Position numbers and translations under genes: made by a program. The notes below the pieces were generated by a model. The model saw nothing but the letters and a program-made list of their open reading frames with translations. It had not been told where the DNA came from and did no database searches. A stretch of 64,000 nt of DNA, taken from contig DCUV01000057.1 of the NCBI GenBank assembly GCA_002328585.1, forward strand, positions 7,679 through 71,678, read 5' to 3'. Shown piece after piece: positions 9,657 through 18,764 of the stretch (position 1 is the stretch's first letter; each line of letters opens with the position of its first letter). Source of the DNA: Spirochaetia bacterium UBA2205. Its GTDB lineage: Bacteria > Spirochaetota > UBA4802 > UB4802.

Positions 9657-10456
9657 ATATACAAAAAACAACAATCGGTATCATTGGTCTGGGGAATATG
9701 GGCGCTGCTATCGGTACAGGGCTTTCCAGAATCATTGATCCAAAAAATATTATTGGTTACGATGTCAGCAGTCAGGCAATGACTTCACTTGCCAGCACGA
9801 TATCAATAAGTACTGCCAGCTCAATTCAGGAGCTATCGCACAAAAGCGACGTTATCATCATTGCCGTAAAACCTGCAATTGTTGCGTCAGTAGCTAGCGA
9901 ACTAAAGAGTACAACCAAAAACAAGCTTATCATTTCAATAGCTGCCGGTATCACACTGCAAAAGCTTTCCGAATGGCTGGGCGATAGTTTCCGTATAATC
10001 AGGTGCATGCCCAATATGCCTGCCCTTGTTGGTGAAGGGATGACCGTACTATCAACGACATCCGCTGATAACGATGATATTGAGATTGCACAGCAAATCT
10101 TTGGAGCGTTGGGCAAAGTGATGGTAGTTTCCGAGCAGTTGATGGATGCTGTTACTGCTGTATCGGGAAGTGGTCCGGCGTATGCTTTTACATTAATACA
10201 GGCAATGGCAGATGCTGGAGTTAAATCAGGACTTGCTCGCGATAGCGCCGTGACGCTTGCAGCCCAAACGGTGTTAGGTTCAGCAAAAATGGTATTGCAG
10301 GGCCAAGAGCCGATTGTTTTACGGGGGAAGGTAGCCTCGCCTGCCGGTACCACCATTGATGCGATACATGTTCTTGAGAAACATGGATTTTCCGGAATTA
10401 TAATGGATGCCATTGAAGCTGCATTTCTGAAATCCAGAACGTTAGGAGGCAAGTAA
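9653..10456 (+). CDS. proC: Pyrroline-5-carboxylate reductase
   Basis: GLGNMG, AVKP, ISIAAG, RCMPN, SGSGPAY, VASPAGTT. Confidence 0.96.
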   Translation: MNIQKTTIGIIGLGNMGAAIGTGLSRIIDPKNIIGYDVSSQAMTSLASTISISTASSIQELSHKSDVIIIAVKPAIVASVASELKSTTKNKLIISIAAGITLQKLSEWLGDSFRIIRCMPNMPALVGEGMTVLSTTSADNDDIEIAQQIFGALGKVMVVSEQLMDAVTAVSGSGPAYAFTLIQAMADAGVKSGLARDSAVTLAAQTVLGSAKMVLQGQEPIVLRGKVASPAGTTIDAIHVLEKHGFSGIIMDAIEAAFLKSRTLGGK

Positions 10457-11413
10457 ATGCTTACCAACTATCATGTATGGCAGATAAAAAAAGCTATAAA
10501 AATACTTATCCCTGTTATGGTTTTTATTTTTATTGCTGGCAACATCATATGCTATTTTGTAAAAGATCCAATAAAAATACCCGATGATGCAGTTTTAAAA
10601 AAAAATGGCTTCTTACTCTTTAAAGATGCAAACACATACATCACAATACTAAAACAATATCCCTATAACCCCGGTGTTACATTGACCATTTACACAATGC
10701 GTGAAGGTGAATCATACTGGGATGTCATTCAACGCTATAGAATAAGCATTGATACATTTATAGGTGCTAATCCGCATCTGGATTCATTACTGGCAAAGGC
10801 AGGGATAAAAATTGTTATTCCTCATCAGGATGGACTGCTCATCCCCTGCAGGCATTTCTATGATGCATGGTTGGCAAAATTATCTATGAATGGCACAACG
10901 CACATTAAAGGGCACTATCTACACCACCCTTTTGAGCTTCTGGCAATGGATGATATACGTTTTGCCTTTATAAAACATGCAAAGCCAATTGCTGTTAATG
11001 ATAAAATAGAAAAACTATATACCCTGCGGCAGAAGTTCCAATCTCCCATCAATGGCCGATACACATCAATGTACGGCGATAGGGTTGACCCATTAGAGCA
11101 TGGCATGGCATTCCACAATGGCATTGATATCTGTGCACCAATGGGAACATCAATACACCCTGTCAGGAATGGTTTTGTCAATTTTACCGGCTGGCTTGAC
11201 GGTTATGGTTTTACTATCATAATCCAACATGATGAAGGATATGAAAGCTGGTACGGGCACTGTCAAAAAATATTTACACAAAAAGGTGATTTTGTGACAA
11301 ACAATTCAGTCATCGGAACGGTTGGTTCTACAGGGCGGTCCACCGGTCCCCACCTGCATTTTATGCTGTTACAGCATGGTAAAATGCTCAATCCAATAAT
11401 GTTTATATGGTAG
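10457..11413 (+). CDS. Membrane-anchored M23 peptidase with LysM-like segment
   Basis: N-terminal TM; YTMREGES...ANP LysM-like; HNGID, YGH, GRSTGPHLHF. Confidence 0.9.
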   Translation: MLTNYHVWQIKKAIKILIPVMVFIFIAGNIICYFVKDPIKIPDDAVLKKNGFLLFKDANTYITILKQYPYNPGVTLTIYTMREGESYWDVIQRYRISIDTFIGANPHLDSLLAKAGIKIVIPHQDGLLIPCRHFYDAWLAKLSMNGTTHIKGHYLHHPFELLAMDDIRFAFIKHAKPIAVNDKIEKLYTLRQKFQSPINGRYTSMYGDRVDPLEHGMAFHNGIDICAPMGTSIHPVRNGFVNFTGWLDGYGFTIIIQHDEGYESWYGHCQKIFTQKGDFVTNNSVIGTVGSTGRSTGPHLHFMLLQHGKMLNPIMFIW

Positions 11414-11423
11414 ATAGTTACTA

Positions 11424-12155
11424 TCAATTAAAATTTTGATTTTGTAAAAGTCCTTTTTCAGCTTTTATGAGATCATTTTCATCATCCACCTCATACCAGC
11501 CAAATCCTGATAAATCACAGATGATAGGAGCAACTTTTGGATTTTCAGCCAATATCTGGACAATATTTTCAACCACGGCTTTTTCGCCATACCGCTCAAT
11601 TGCTTTATACGCAGCATCTCGGTATGCTATTTCCATACTTTTATCAACATAGGTCATACCAATATAGCCGCAATCAAAATCACTGAGCTGTTTACTGATA
11701 TGGGCAATAGTTTTTTTGTCAGCAAGCAGCTTTACTTTCATATCATCCAATCCCAATGTGCGATCAAAATCACACATGGCAGTAATTTTATAAAGCGACT
11801 GTTTCATACATTGAAACATTGCTTTTGGGTAGATGTGATCAACATTAGTAATTAAAAAGGAATCATGTGCAAATGTTTTTAATGCAGTAATCAATGTAAA
11901 GATATTTCCTTTAAGATAATCTTTATTTTCAAGAATTTTTATATTATCAATATTTTTTCCCAAAAGGTGCATCTTAAGTTCATCAAATGCAAAACCGCCT
12001 ACCACTATAATTTCATCAAAAAAATCCAATTCAAAAAATTCAAATAGATAATCTATAAGCGGTTTACCATTGACACGCACCATGCCTTTGGTTTTATTTT
12101 TTGTCATCTCACCCAGCCTGCTGCCAGTTCCTGCTGCCAGAACTATCGCTCGCAT
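11424..12155 (-). CDS. LicC/IPCT-like nucleotidyltransferase (cytidylyltransferase)
   Basis: AIVLAAGTGSRL...K, MKV, YIG, WYEVDD..DL. Confidence 0.8.
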   Translation of the reverse strand: MRAIVLAAGTGSRLGEMTKNKTKGMVRVNGKPLIDYLFEFFELDFFDEIIVVGGFAFDELKMHLLGKNIDNIKILENKDYLKGNIFTLITALKTFAHDSFLITNVDHIYPKAMFQCMKQSLYKITAMCDFDRTLGLDDMKVKLLADKKTIAHISKQLSDFDCGYIGMTYVDKSMEIAYRDAAYKAIERYGEKAVVENIVQILAENPKVAPIICDLSGFGWYEVDDENDLIKAEKGLLQNQNFN

Positions 12156-12781
12156 ATTTCTAATAACTCCTGTAATGAATTGATGGTAATGATATCAGGA
12201 TACTTATCTAAAAATTGATCTTTTGTAAATGTACCGCATAAACCTATAAATGAAATGTCATTGCTTATAGCCTTTTCTGCATCCTTAAGGGAATCTCCAA
12301 CAAATGTCAATTCATCTTTTTTTAATTGGAAATGGTGCAGTACATATTCAAAATGGTGCTTACCCTTTTCAAATCCATGCTTAAATCCAAGGACTATATC
12401 AAATTGCAGTCCCTCTCTTTCTATAAACTGTTCAATAAGATACTGAAAGTTATTTGATGAAACACCAACCAGTATACCTCTTTCCCGTAATTGTGTAATA
12501 ACAAACCGCACTTCCTCAGAAAATGTTGATCTGAAAAAACCCTCTTTCTTTGTTTCCTCAAATATAGCTGCTTTTTTACTGTTTGTTGGATCACCAGGTA
12601 AAATTATTTCCAGTTGTTGAAAAAATGGAACGCCTGAGGTTTCTAAATATCTACGCCGTGCTTCTTCAAATGAAATTTCAGGATGAAATTGATGTATTAC
12701 TTCACCTGCGATATCAGCAAATCCTTCCATAGTATCAACAAGTGTTCCATCAAAATCAAAAAGCAATGCTCGTGTTTTCAT
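12143..12781 (-). CDS. HAD-family phosphatase
   Basis: LFDFDGTLVD, VSSN, K, FVGDS..D; start placed at ATG 12781. Confidence 0.88.
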   Translation of the reverse strand: MKTRALLFDFDGTLVDTMEGFADIAGEVIHQFHPEISFEEARRRYLETSGVPFFQQLEIILPGDPTNSKKAAIFEETKKEGFFRSTFSEEVRFVITQLRERGILVGVSSNNFQYLIEQFIEREGLQFDIVLGFKHGFEKGKHHFEYVLHHFQLKKDELTFVGDSLKDAEKAISNDISFIGLCGTFTKDQFLDKYPDIITINSLQELLEICER

Positions 12782-12850
12782 ACATGTATCACCATTCAAG
12801 TTTTCATCAATCTTATGGATAATCGTTACTTGTCAATATAAAAAATTAAC

Positions 12851-12939
12851 TGCGGGCGCACAACGGGCTTCTTCGCCTGCCTTGACAACGATGTCGTGTA
12901 ATGGTTGTCTGCAGCAGGCTGCCCTATCTTGCGCCCGCA
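12851..12939. other. GC-rich nested inverted repeat / rod hairpin (~90 nt)
   Basis: Four nested stems: TGCGGGCGCA/TGCGCCCGCA, GGGC/GCCC, GCCTGC/GCAGGC, GACAAC/GTTGTC. Confidence 0.75.
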
Positions 12940-12960
12940 TACTATGACGCTGTTCATTTC

Positions 12961-13094
12961 ACAATACATACCCCCCTTGTGTCCCCCCCCTTATAAAAGG
13001 TGGGGAATTGTGTGGAGGAGTTAATGAGTACAAAATAGGTTTAAATACTGAAAAAAATGGGGTCAGAGCATGAATACGCTGTGCTCAGAATGAC
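12961..13094 (+). repeat. Dispersed ~110-bp element, copy 1 (inverted copy at 35464-35610), followed by a family-A REP half
   Basis: Shares exact GGGAATTGTGTGGAGGAGTT (20 nt) and AAAAAATGGGGTCAGAGC (18 nt) plus colinear flanks with the reverse complement of 35464-35610. Confidence 0.85.
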
Positions 13095-13101
13095 AATGTG
13101 C

Positions 13102-13130
13102 TTTACAAAGCATGGCGTATTTTGTATATT
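13102..13130 (+). promoter_or_regulatory. Putative sigma70 promoter of the smr operon
   Basis: TTTACA-N17-TATATT with TG extension. Confidence 0.55.
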
Positions 13131-13227
13131 GAAAACAACTTCATAACACAGTATTTACTGTATAAAGCCTTCATGGTGACATGAATATGATATGTTTTAC
13201 AAAAGAATAGCTGGGTAACAACCGCTT

Positions 13228-13500
13228 ATGAATGATGATGACCCTATTAATATTGCATTAACCGATACTATTGATCTGCATGTATTTCATCCTGCAGACA
13301 TTACAGCAATTTTAGATGAATTTTTGAACAATGCTGTAATACAGGGGTATTCTCAGGTTGAGATAATTCATGGAAAAGGAAAATCAGTAGTAAAACACAC
13401 AGTCCACAACTACTTAAAAAATGATAAACGAGTTTTGCAATTTTTTGATAAATCCGCTAATTGGGGAAGGACTATCGTAATACTTAAAAAAGAGGTTTAA
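13228..13500 (+). CDS. Stand-alone Smr-domain protein
   Basis: TIDLH, VEIIHGKG, ANWG.T.V motifs; 90 aa. Confidence 0.88.
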   Translation: MNDDDPINIALTDTIDLHVFHPADITAILDEFLNNAVIQGYSQVEIIHGKGKSVVKHTVHNYLKNDKRVLQFFDKSANWGRTIVILKKEV

Positions 13501-13501
13501 A

Positions 13502-14413
13502 ATGGATAATGTCATAATAACCGGAGGGACAGGATTTATAGGGTCATATTTAACGCAGAAACTATTATCAAAAGGATATAGCGTTACCATTTTAACCCGC
13601 ACCATTTCAAGATATTTATCACACACCAATTCACTGTGTTATTTGCAATGGGATGGAAAATCATCTGATGGTTGGGGGCACCTGGTTAATGACGCTAAAG
13701 CCATCATAAATTTAGCAGGTGAATCAATTGCTGGTTCCTTATGGACAAAAGAAAAGAAATACAGGATACTCCAGAGCAGGCTTGATGCCGGCTATGCAAT
13801 TATTGATGCAATTAACAATGCAAAGCATAGACCCGAAGTTATCATTCAGGCTTCTGCTATAGGTTATTATGGCTCAAGGGAGGAGCCATTAATTGAATCA
13901 TCAAGCCCTGGCATTGGTTTTTTACCGGATGTAGCAATAAAATGGGAAGCATCAACCAAAGAAGCAGTGAATCAAGGCATTAGACATGTGATAATACGAT
14001 CCGGTCTTGTCCTTGGTAAAAATGAAGGATTATTAAAATTTATTACACCTGTATTCAAATATTATTTAGGCGGCTATTTTGGCAAAGGCGTAAATTGGAT
14101 GTCATGGATTCACATTGAAGACGAGGTTAAGGCAATTATTCATTGTTTAGAAGATACATCAATACATGGTGCCGTCAACCTTGTATCTCCAAATCCCGTA
14201 CAGTCACAATACTTTTATAAAACTTTAGCACAGGTAATGCACCGTCCATGTTTATTCACAATACCTGAATGTATAATAAAGCTGGTATTGAGTGATATGG
14301 CTGAGGAATTATTATTAACTAACCAAAAAGTTTATCCAGAAAAGTTATTATCAAAACAATTTAGCTTTATCCATCCAGATCTATATGAGGCATTACATTC
14401 ATTATTATTATAA
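13502..14413 (+). CDS. TIGR01777/YfcH-type NAD-dependent epimerase family protein
   Basis: ITGGTGFIG, INLAGE.I, SRL, SAIGYYG, WE, MSWIHIED. Confidence 0.9.
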   Translation: MDNVIITGGTGFIGSYLTQKLLSKGYSVTILTRTISRYLSHTNSLCYLQWDGKSSDGWGHLVNDAKAIINLAGESIAGSLWTKEKKYRILQSRLDAGYAIIDAINNAKHRPEVIIQASAIGYYGSREEPLIESSSPGIGFLPDVAIKWEASTKEAVNQGIRHVIIRSGLVLGKNEGLLKFITPVFKYYLGGYFGKGVNWMSWIHIEDEVKAIIHCLEDTSIHGAVNLVSPNPVQSQYFYKTLAQVMHRPCLFTIPECIIKLVLSDMAEELLLTNQKVYPEKLLSKQFSFIHPDLYEALHSLLL

Positions 14414-14561
14414 CAATTGCTCAAAACATACAATGATATCGTAAACTTAAAATGGCAACACCATTGAGAACACAAACATTGCAGGATAGTTTTTTATGTT
14501 GAGTTCTTTTATTATTATACATGATAAAAGCTGTTTTAAAGGTGCTTTCCAATAATTACAC

Positions 14562-14590
14562 TTTACAATAATGTTTTGGTACAATACTAT
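14562..14590 (+). promoter_or_regulatory. Putative sigma70 promoter of mutS2
   Basis: TTTACA-N17-TACTAT; only 8 nt between the -10 box and the first ATG. Confidence 0.55.
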
Positions 14591-14598
14591 GGGAAATT

Positions 14599-17019
14599 AT
14601 GGGAACTATGAAAAGTAGTAATGCCACTGAAACGCAGATTATATCTCATGATGAAGCGCACATGCTGGAATGGGATACCCTTGTATCATGTATTGCCGAT
14701 TTATGTTATACTCAGCCAGGCAAAAACTATTGCATGGGGATGCAACCACTTGGTTATAATGAGATACTGGAGCAATATGCTAAGATTAATTGTCTTAAAG
14801 AAATTTTGTCCATAGGGCATCATCCCGATTTTTCGGGCATACATGATATTACGTACTTGCTGGAAAAATCATCAAAAGGAGCAACATTGCAGCTTGATGA
14901 GATTTTTAAAATACGATTGTTTATCACTGCGCAATATAGAATTACTTCTTTTTTTAAATCAATACAGTATCCTCATGATGCGCTAACCGAATTGCAGATG
15001 CTCCATCCCTGTGAACAGCTATATACCATGCTCATTTCTTCATTAACGGATTCAGGAAATCTTAATGAAAATACCTATCCGGTACTTAAAAAACTGCAAC
15101 GAGAGATTAATGATATACGCAATGCAATTGAAAAGTCATTACAAAACCTTATTCATTCACATGAGTACCAGCAGATTGTTCAGGAAAAATTTTTCACGGT
15201 AAAAAACAATCGATACTGTATACCCATTAAAACAACATTTAAAAACAAATTAAAAGGAACTATCGCAGATATATCATCTTCAGGTGCAACACTGTATATT
15301 GAACCTGACAGCATTCATGACTTAAATAATACCCTGTTATATAAGGAATTGGAGCTTCAACGCGCAATAGAAAAAATATTGCAGATACTATCGTCCACAA
15401 TTGCTGAACATGCTCATGCGCTAATGGAAAATGCAGCCATAATAGGCTATTTAGATTTTTGCACTGCACTTGCCCGCTTTGCAGTAACCTACAATGCATC
15501 CACGCCTGCACTTTCCCAACAACCATATATGCGGTTGTTTAATGCAAAACATCCTTTGCTTGTGACAATGCATGGCAAACAGATTGTACCATGCGATATT
15601 GAATGCGGCATCAATTTTAAATGTCTTATCATATCGGGGGTAAACACCGGCGGGAAAACAGTGCTTTTAAAAATGTTAGGGCTTTTTGCTCTTATGGTGC
15701 GATACGGACTCCCTATCACCGCCAGCCCTGATTCAACAGCAGGATATTTTGAATCAGTGTTTGCTGATATTGGTGATGAACAGAACATTATGCAGTCGCT
15801 GTCAACCTTTTCCGGACAGATAAAAAATATTGTGCGCATATTAAACCTTGCTGATGAAAAAAGCATGGTGCTTATTGATGAGATTATTGTAGGTACCGAC
15901 CCAAAACAGGGAGCTGCAATAGCACAGGCAGTGTTGCAGTATTTAGTAAATAAAAAATCGGTTGTAGCCGTTACAACACATTATTCACAGCTAAAAGAAA
16001 TTGCTTCTGTTGATAGCCAATTTGAAAATGCATCCGTTGTTTTTGATATTCATACCATGCAGCCCACCTATCAGGTGCTCATGGGTATTCCCGGAGCAAG
16101 CTATACTATTGAAATAGCAAAAAATTTGTCTTTACCGCAAAAGATCATTGATGATGCAATATCCTTACTTGACAGCACCTCGTTAAGCGTGGACGCACTG
16201 CTTTCTCAAATAACTCAGCAATCGCATACATTACACCAAAAAGAACAGGAACTTGCACTATTAAAACAGGAGCTTAGTCAATTAAAAAATGACTACGATA
16301 AAAAGATACATGAGCTACAGCAACAAATAGAAAAAGTAACAAAAGAGCAGGCAATTGAATTTGTACATGAACTTCAGCAATACCGCAGCACCATTATTGA
16401 CAAAATACGCACCATGCAATCGATGTCCATGAAGGATGCAACACAGCTTGTAAATGATGTTACACAAATGCAGCTATCATTGCAGGATACTATCAAGCAG
16501 CTCCAGAAGCCGTCTGAAAACTTTTTACCCTGTACTGTTGATACAGTGCAAAAAGGTTCAAAAGTATTTATAAAGCCATTGGAACAATACGGATATGTTG
16601 AAGATGTTGATGAAAAAAGCAAGCAGTTGAAAGTACGCATAGGTACTGTGAACAGCAGGTTTTCATTTGATGATGTGTATTGTATTCCGGAAAGCAAAAA
16701 GCTAACCACTGTTAAAACAAAAACCAATACAATAGCAACACAGGATATCCAGCATATACCCATAAGCATCCAGACAAAATATAATACCATTGATCTTCGT
16801 GGTTTATATGTTGATGAAGCATTGCAAAAAATGGATCATGAACTGGATAATCTTTTAAAAAACAATATCCCAACCGCTATTATTATTCATGGACATGGGA
16901 CAGGCTCTTTAAAAAAAGCTATTCGTCAGTACATTAAGCATTCGTTTTATGTAAAAGGCTACCGTCCCGGACAGCCAGAGGAAGGTGGTGATGGCGTAAC
17001 AGTAGTGCAGCTGCGATGA
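14599..17019 (+). CDS. mutS2: MutS2 (RqcU-like) ATPase with KOW and C-terminal Smr domains
   Basis: SSSGATLYIEP, SGVNTGGKT, DIGDEQ...LSTFS, LIDE, TTHY, coiled coil, IDLRG, IIHGHGTG, EGGDG. Confidence 0.95.
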   Translation: MGTMKSSNATETQIISHDEAHMLEWDTLVSCIADLCYTQPGKNYCMGMQPLGYNEILEQYAKINCLKEILSIGHHPDFSGIHDITYLLEKSSKGATLQLDEIFKIRLFITAQYRITSFFKSIQYPHDALTELQMLHPCEQLYTMLISSLTDSGNLNENTYPVLKKLQREINDIRNAIEKSLQNLIHSHEYQQIVQEKFFTVKNNRYCIPIKTTFKNKLKGTIADISSSGATLYIEPDSIHDLNNTLLYKELELQRAIEKILQILSSTIAEHAHALMENAAIIGYLDFCTALARFAVTYNASTPALSQQPYMRLFNAKHPLLVTMHGKQIVPCDIECGINFKCLIISGVNTGGKTVLLKMLGLFALMVRYGLPITASPDSTAGYFESVFADIGDEQNIMQSLSTFSGQIKNIVRILNLADEKSMVLIDEIIVGTDPKQGAAIAQAVLQYLVNKKSVVAVTTHYSQLKEIASVDSQFENASVVFDIHTMQPTYQVLMGIPGASYTIEIAKNLSLPQKIIDDAISLLDSTSLSVDALLSQITQQSHTLHQKEQELALLKQELSQLKNDYDKKIHELQQQIEKVTKEQAIEFVHELQQYRSTIIDKIRTMQSMSMKDATQLVNDVTQMQLSLQDTIKQLQKPSENFLPCTVDTVQKGSKVFIKPLEQYGYVEDVDEKSKQLKVRIGTVNSRFSFDDVYCIPESKKLTTVKTKTNTIATQDIQHIPISIQTKYNTIDLRGLYVDEALQKMDHELDNLLKNNIPTAIIIHGHGTGSLKKAIRQYIKHSFYVKGYRPGQPEEGGDGVTVVQLR

Positions 17020-17123
17020 GCTTTTCATAAACAATGCAACAGTATGTACTATTAAACTATTAATGTTCTATTCATAAATGTAATGCATGAATGACTGCAT
17101 GCATGTACCATTATTCTATTCTT

Positions 17124-17150
17124 TTATTGTACTTATTGTATTTATTGTAC
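17124..17150 (-). repeat. 9-bp tandem triplication of the glucosidase 3' end (RTACAATAA x3)
   Basis: ttattgtac ttattgtat ttattgtac. Confidence 0.6.
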
Positions 17151-18764
17151 TTTGATAATCACCGCCTCATACGCATCAAGCGTGAGAGTACCTCCATGTA
17201 TTGAAGAATGTGAAGAATGCATTGAAGAATTTCCACAGGACGAAAGCAATACCTCGCCTTTTACCCCGATGGTTACATCCTTTTTTGCTTTTGAAAAATT
17301 CAATGCAATCATCAAATGTTCATTTTTAAATACTCGTTTATACAGCAGCACATCATCCGGTGCTGATACAAATTCAATATCACCCGCATACAGAGCAGGA
17401 TGCAATCTTCTGATGGCAATGCAATCCTTATACAGGTGTAATATTGACTGTTTGTTACGCTGCTGCTGCAAAACATTAGTGGTTACATAATCACTATTGA
17501 CCGGCAGCCACGGTTTACCGTTTGAAAAGCCCGCATTAGGAGTCACATCCCATTGCATGGGAGTACGTGCTTTATCCCTGCCTTTGTGAAATGGCCAGTA
17601 CTTCTTTCCCAGCGGGTCCTGTATCTGGCTGCGTTTAATTTTTCCGTCAACCATACCTATCTCTTCGCCATAATAAATAAATGGCGTTCCCTTCTGGGTT
17701 AACAGCATCACTGCTAACAGCTTTGCCTTCCGCACATCATTGTTTGCCAGCCGTGTTATTGCTCGCGACTGGTCATGATTGGACAGTACATGACATGGCC
17801 AGCCACTATCGCCAATGGCATGATACCAATTTTTTAAAATACATTCAAACTCACGTGCGTTAAAGCGTGCATAGATAGTTGAAAAGTCAAATGACAGATG
17901 CAGCTCATCATTATTACCCTGATACGAAGCAGCCATTGCCGGCTCTTTTTCACCTTCGTTGGGATATGTTTCACCAACGCTCATAGTATCACCATAACTA
18001 TCTAACAATTGACGTAACTCTTTCAGGATATCGTGTATTTCGGGCTGATTGCGATCATATATATGAACCTGCAAATCATGACGTCGTGGATAGGTTAAAC
18101 GCAACCTATAGGGATTGCTTCGTAAATTGATATCCTTAACAATATAATTGATAACATCAAATCGAAAACCTTTGACTCCCATATCAAGCCAATAGCGCAG
18201 TGCATCAAACATTGCTTTTTTTACTTCATGATTTCGCCAGTTCAAATCAGGCTGCTGCTCAGTAAAAAGATGAAGGTAGTAGTGCCGCGTTAACTCATCC
18301 CACGTCCATGCCCTCCCGCCAAATGCAGCCATCCAGTTATTGGGAGCTTTACCATTTTTTCCGGGGTGCCATATATACCAATCACGCTTTGGATTATCAA
18401 CTGACGAACGTGATTCCACAAACCACGGATGCAGATGCGATGTATGGTTCAACACCATATCCATGATGATAGCAATGTTGCGTTTTTCGGCTTCTTTTAA
18501 TAATTTTTTAAAATTGGCGATAGTTCCATAAACTGGATCTATTGAACAATAGTCGCTCACATCGTAACCAAAGTCGTACATTGGTGAGCAGTAAATAGGC
18601 GATAGCCATATACCATCAATGCCTACATCCTGAAGATAATCAAGCGATTGGATGATACCCTCCAGATCGCCAATGCCATCATCATTGGAATCTTTAAAGC
18701 TGCGTGGATATATTTGATACATTACACCGTGTTTCCACCAGCTTTTTATTATGGGTTTACTCAT
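17142..18764 (-). CDS. GH13 alpha-glucosidase / oligo-1,6-glucosidase
   Basis: YQIYPRSF.D, D.GYDVSDY, VLNHTS, PNNW, QPDLNW, GFRFDV, NHD, RD..RTPMQW. Confidence 0.93.
   Translation of the reverse strand: MSKPIIKSWWKHGVMYQIYPRSFKDSNDDGIGDLEGIIQSLDYLQDVGIDGIWLSPIYCSPMYDFGYDVSDYCSIDPVYGTIANFKKLLKEAEKRNIAIIMDMVLNHTSHLHPWFVESRSSVDNPKRDWYIWHPGKNGKAPNNWMAAFGGRAWTWDELTRHYYLHLFTEQQPDLNWRNHEVKKAMFDALRYWLDMGVKGFRFDVINYIVKDINLRSNPYRLRLTYPRRHDLQVHIYDRNQPEIHDILKELRQLLDSYGDTMSVGETYPNEGEKEPAMAASYQGNNDELHLSFDFSTIYARFNAREFECILKNWYHAIGDSGWPCHVLSNHDQSRAITRLANNDVRKAKLLAVMLLTQKGTPFIYYGEEIGMVDGKIKRSQIQDPLGKKYWPFHKGRDKARTPMQWDVTPNAGFSNGKPWLPVNSDYVTTNVLQQQRNKQSILHLYKDCIAIRRLHPALYAGDIEFVSAPDDVLLYKRVFKNEHLMIALNFSKAKKDVTIGVKGEVLLSSCGNSSMHSSHSSIHGGTLTLDAYEAVIIKVQ

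Noticed and set aside
9826-10467. 213-aa antisense ORF and the many other 60-160 aa overlapping ORFs in the track
   Set aside because: Shadow frames of well-supported genes (proC, mutS2, fusA, atp etc.) with no motifs or RBS
12851-12939. SRP (4.5S), 6S or tRNA-Sec identity for the GC-rich hairpin
   Set aside because: No GNRA/GGAA tetraloop with CAGG/AGCAG symmetric loop on either strand; too short for 6S; no cloverleaf
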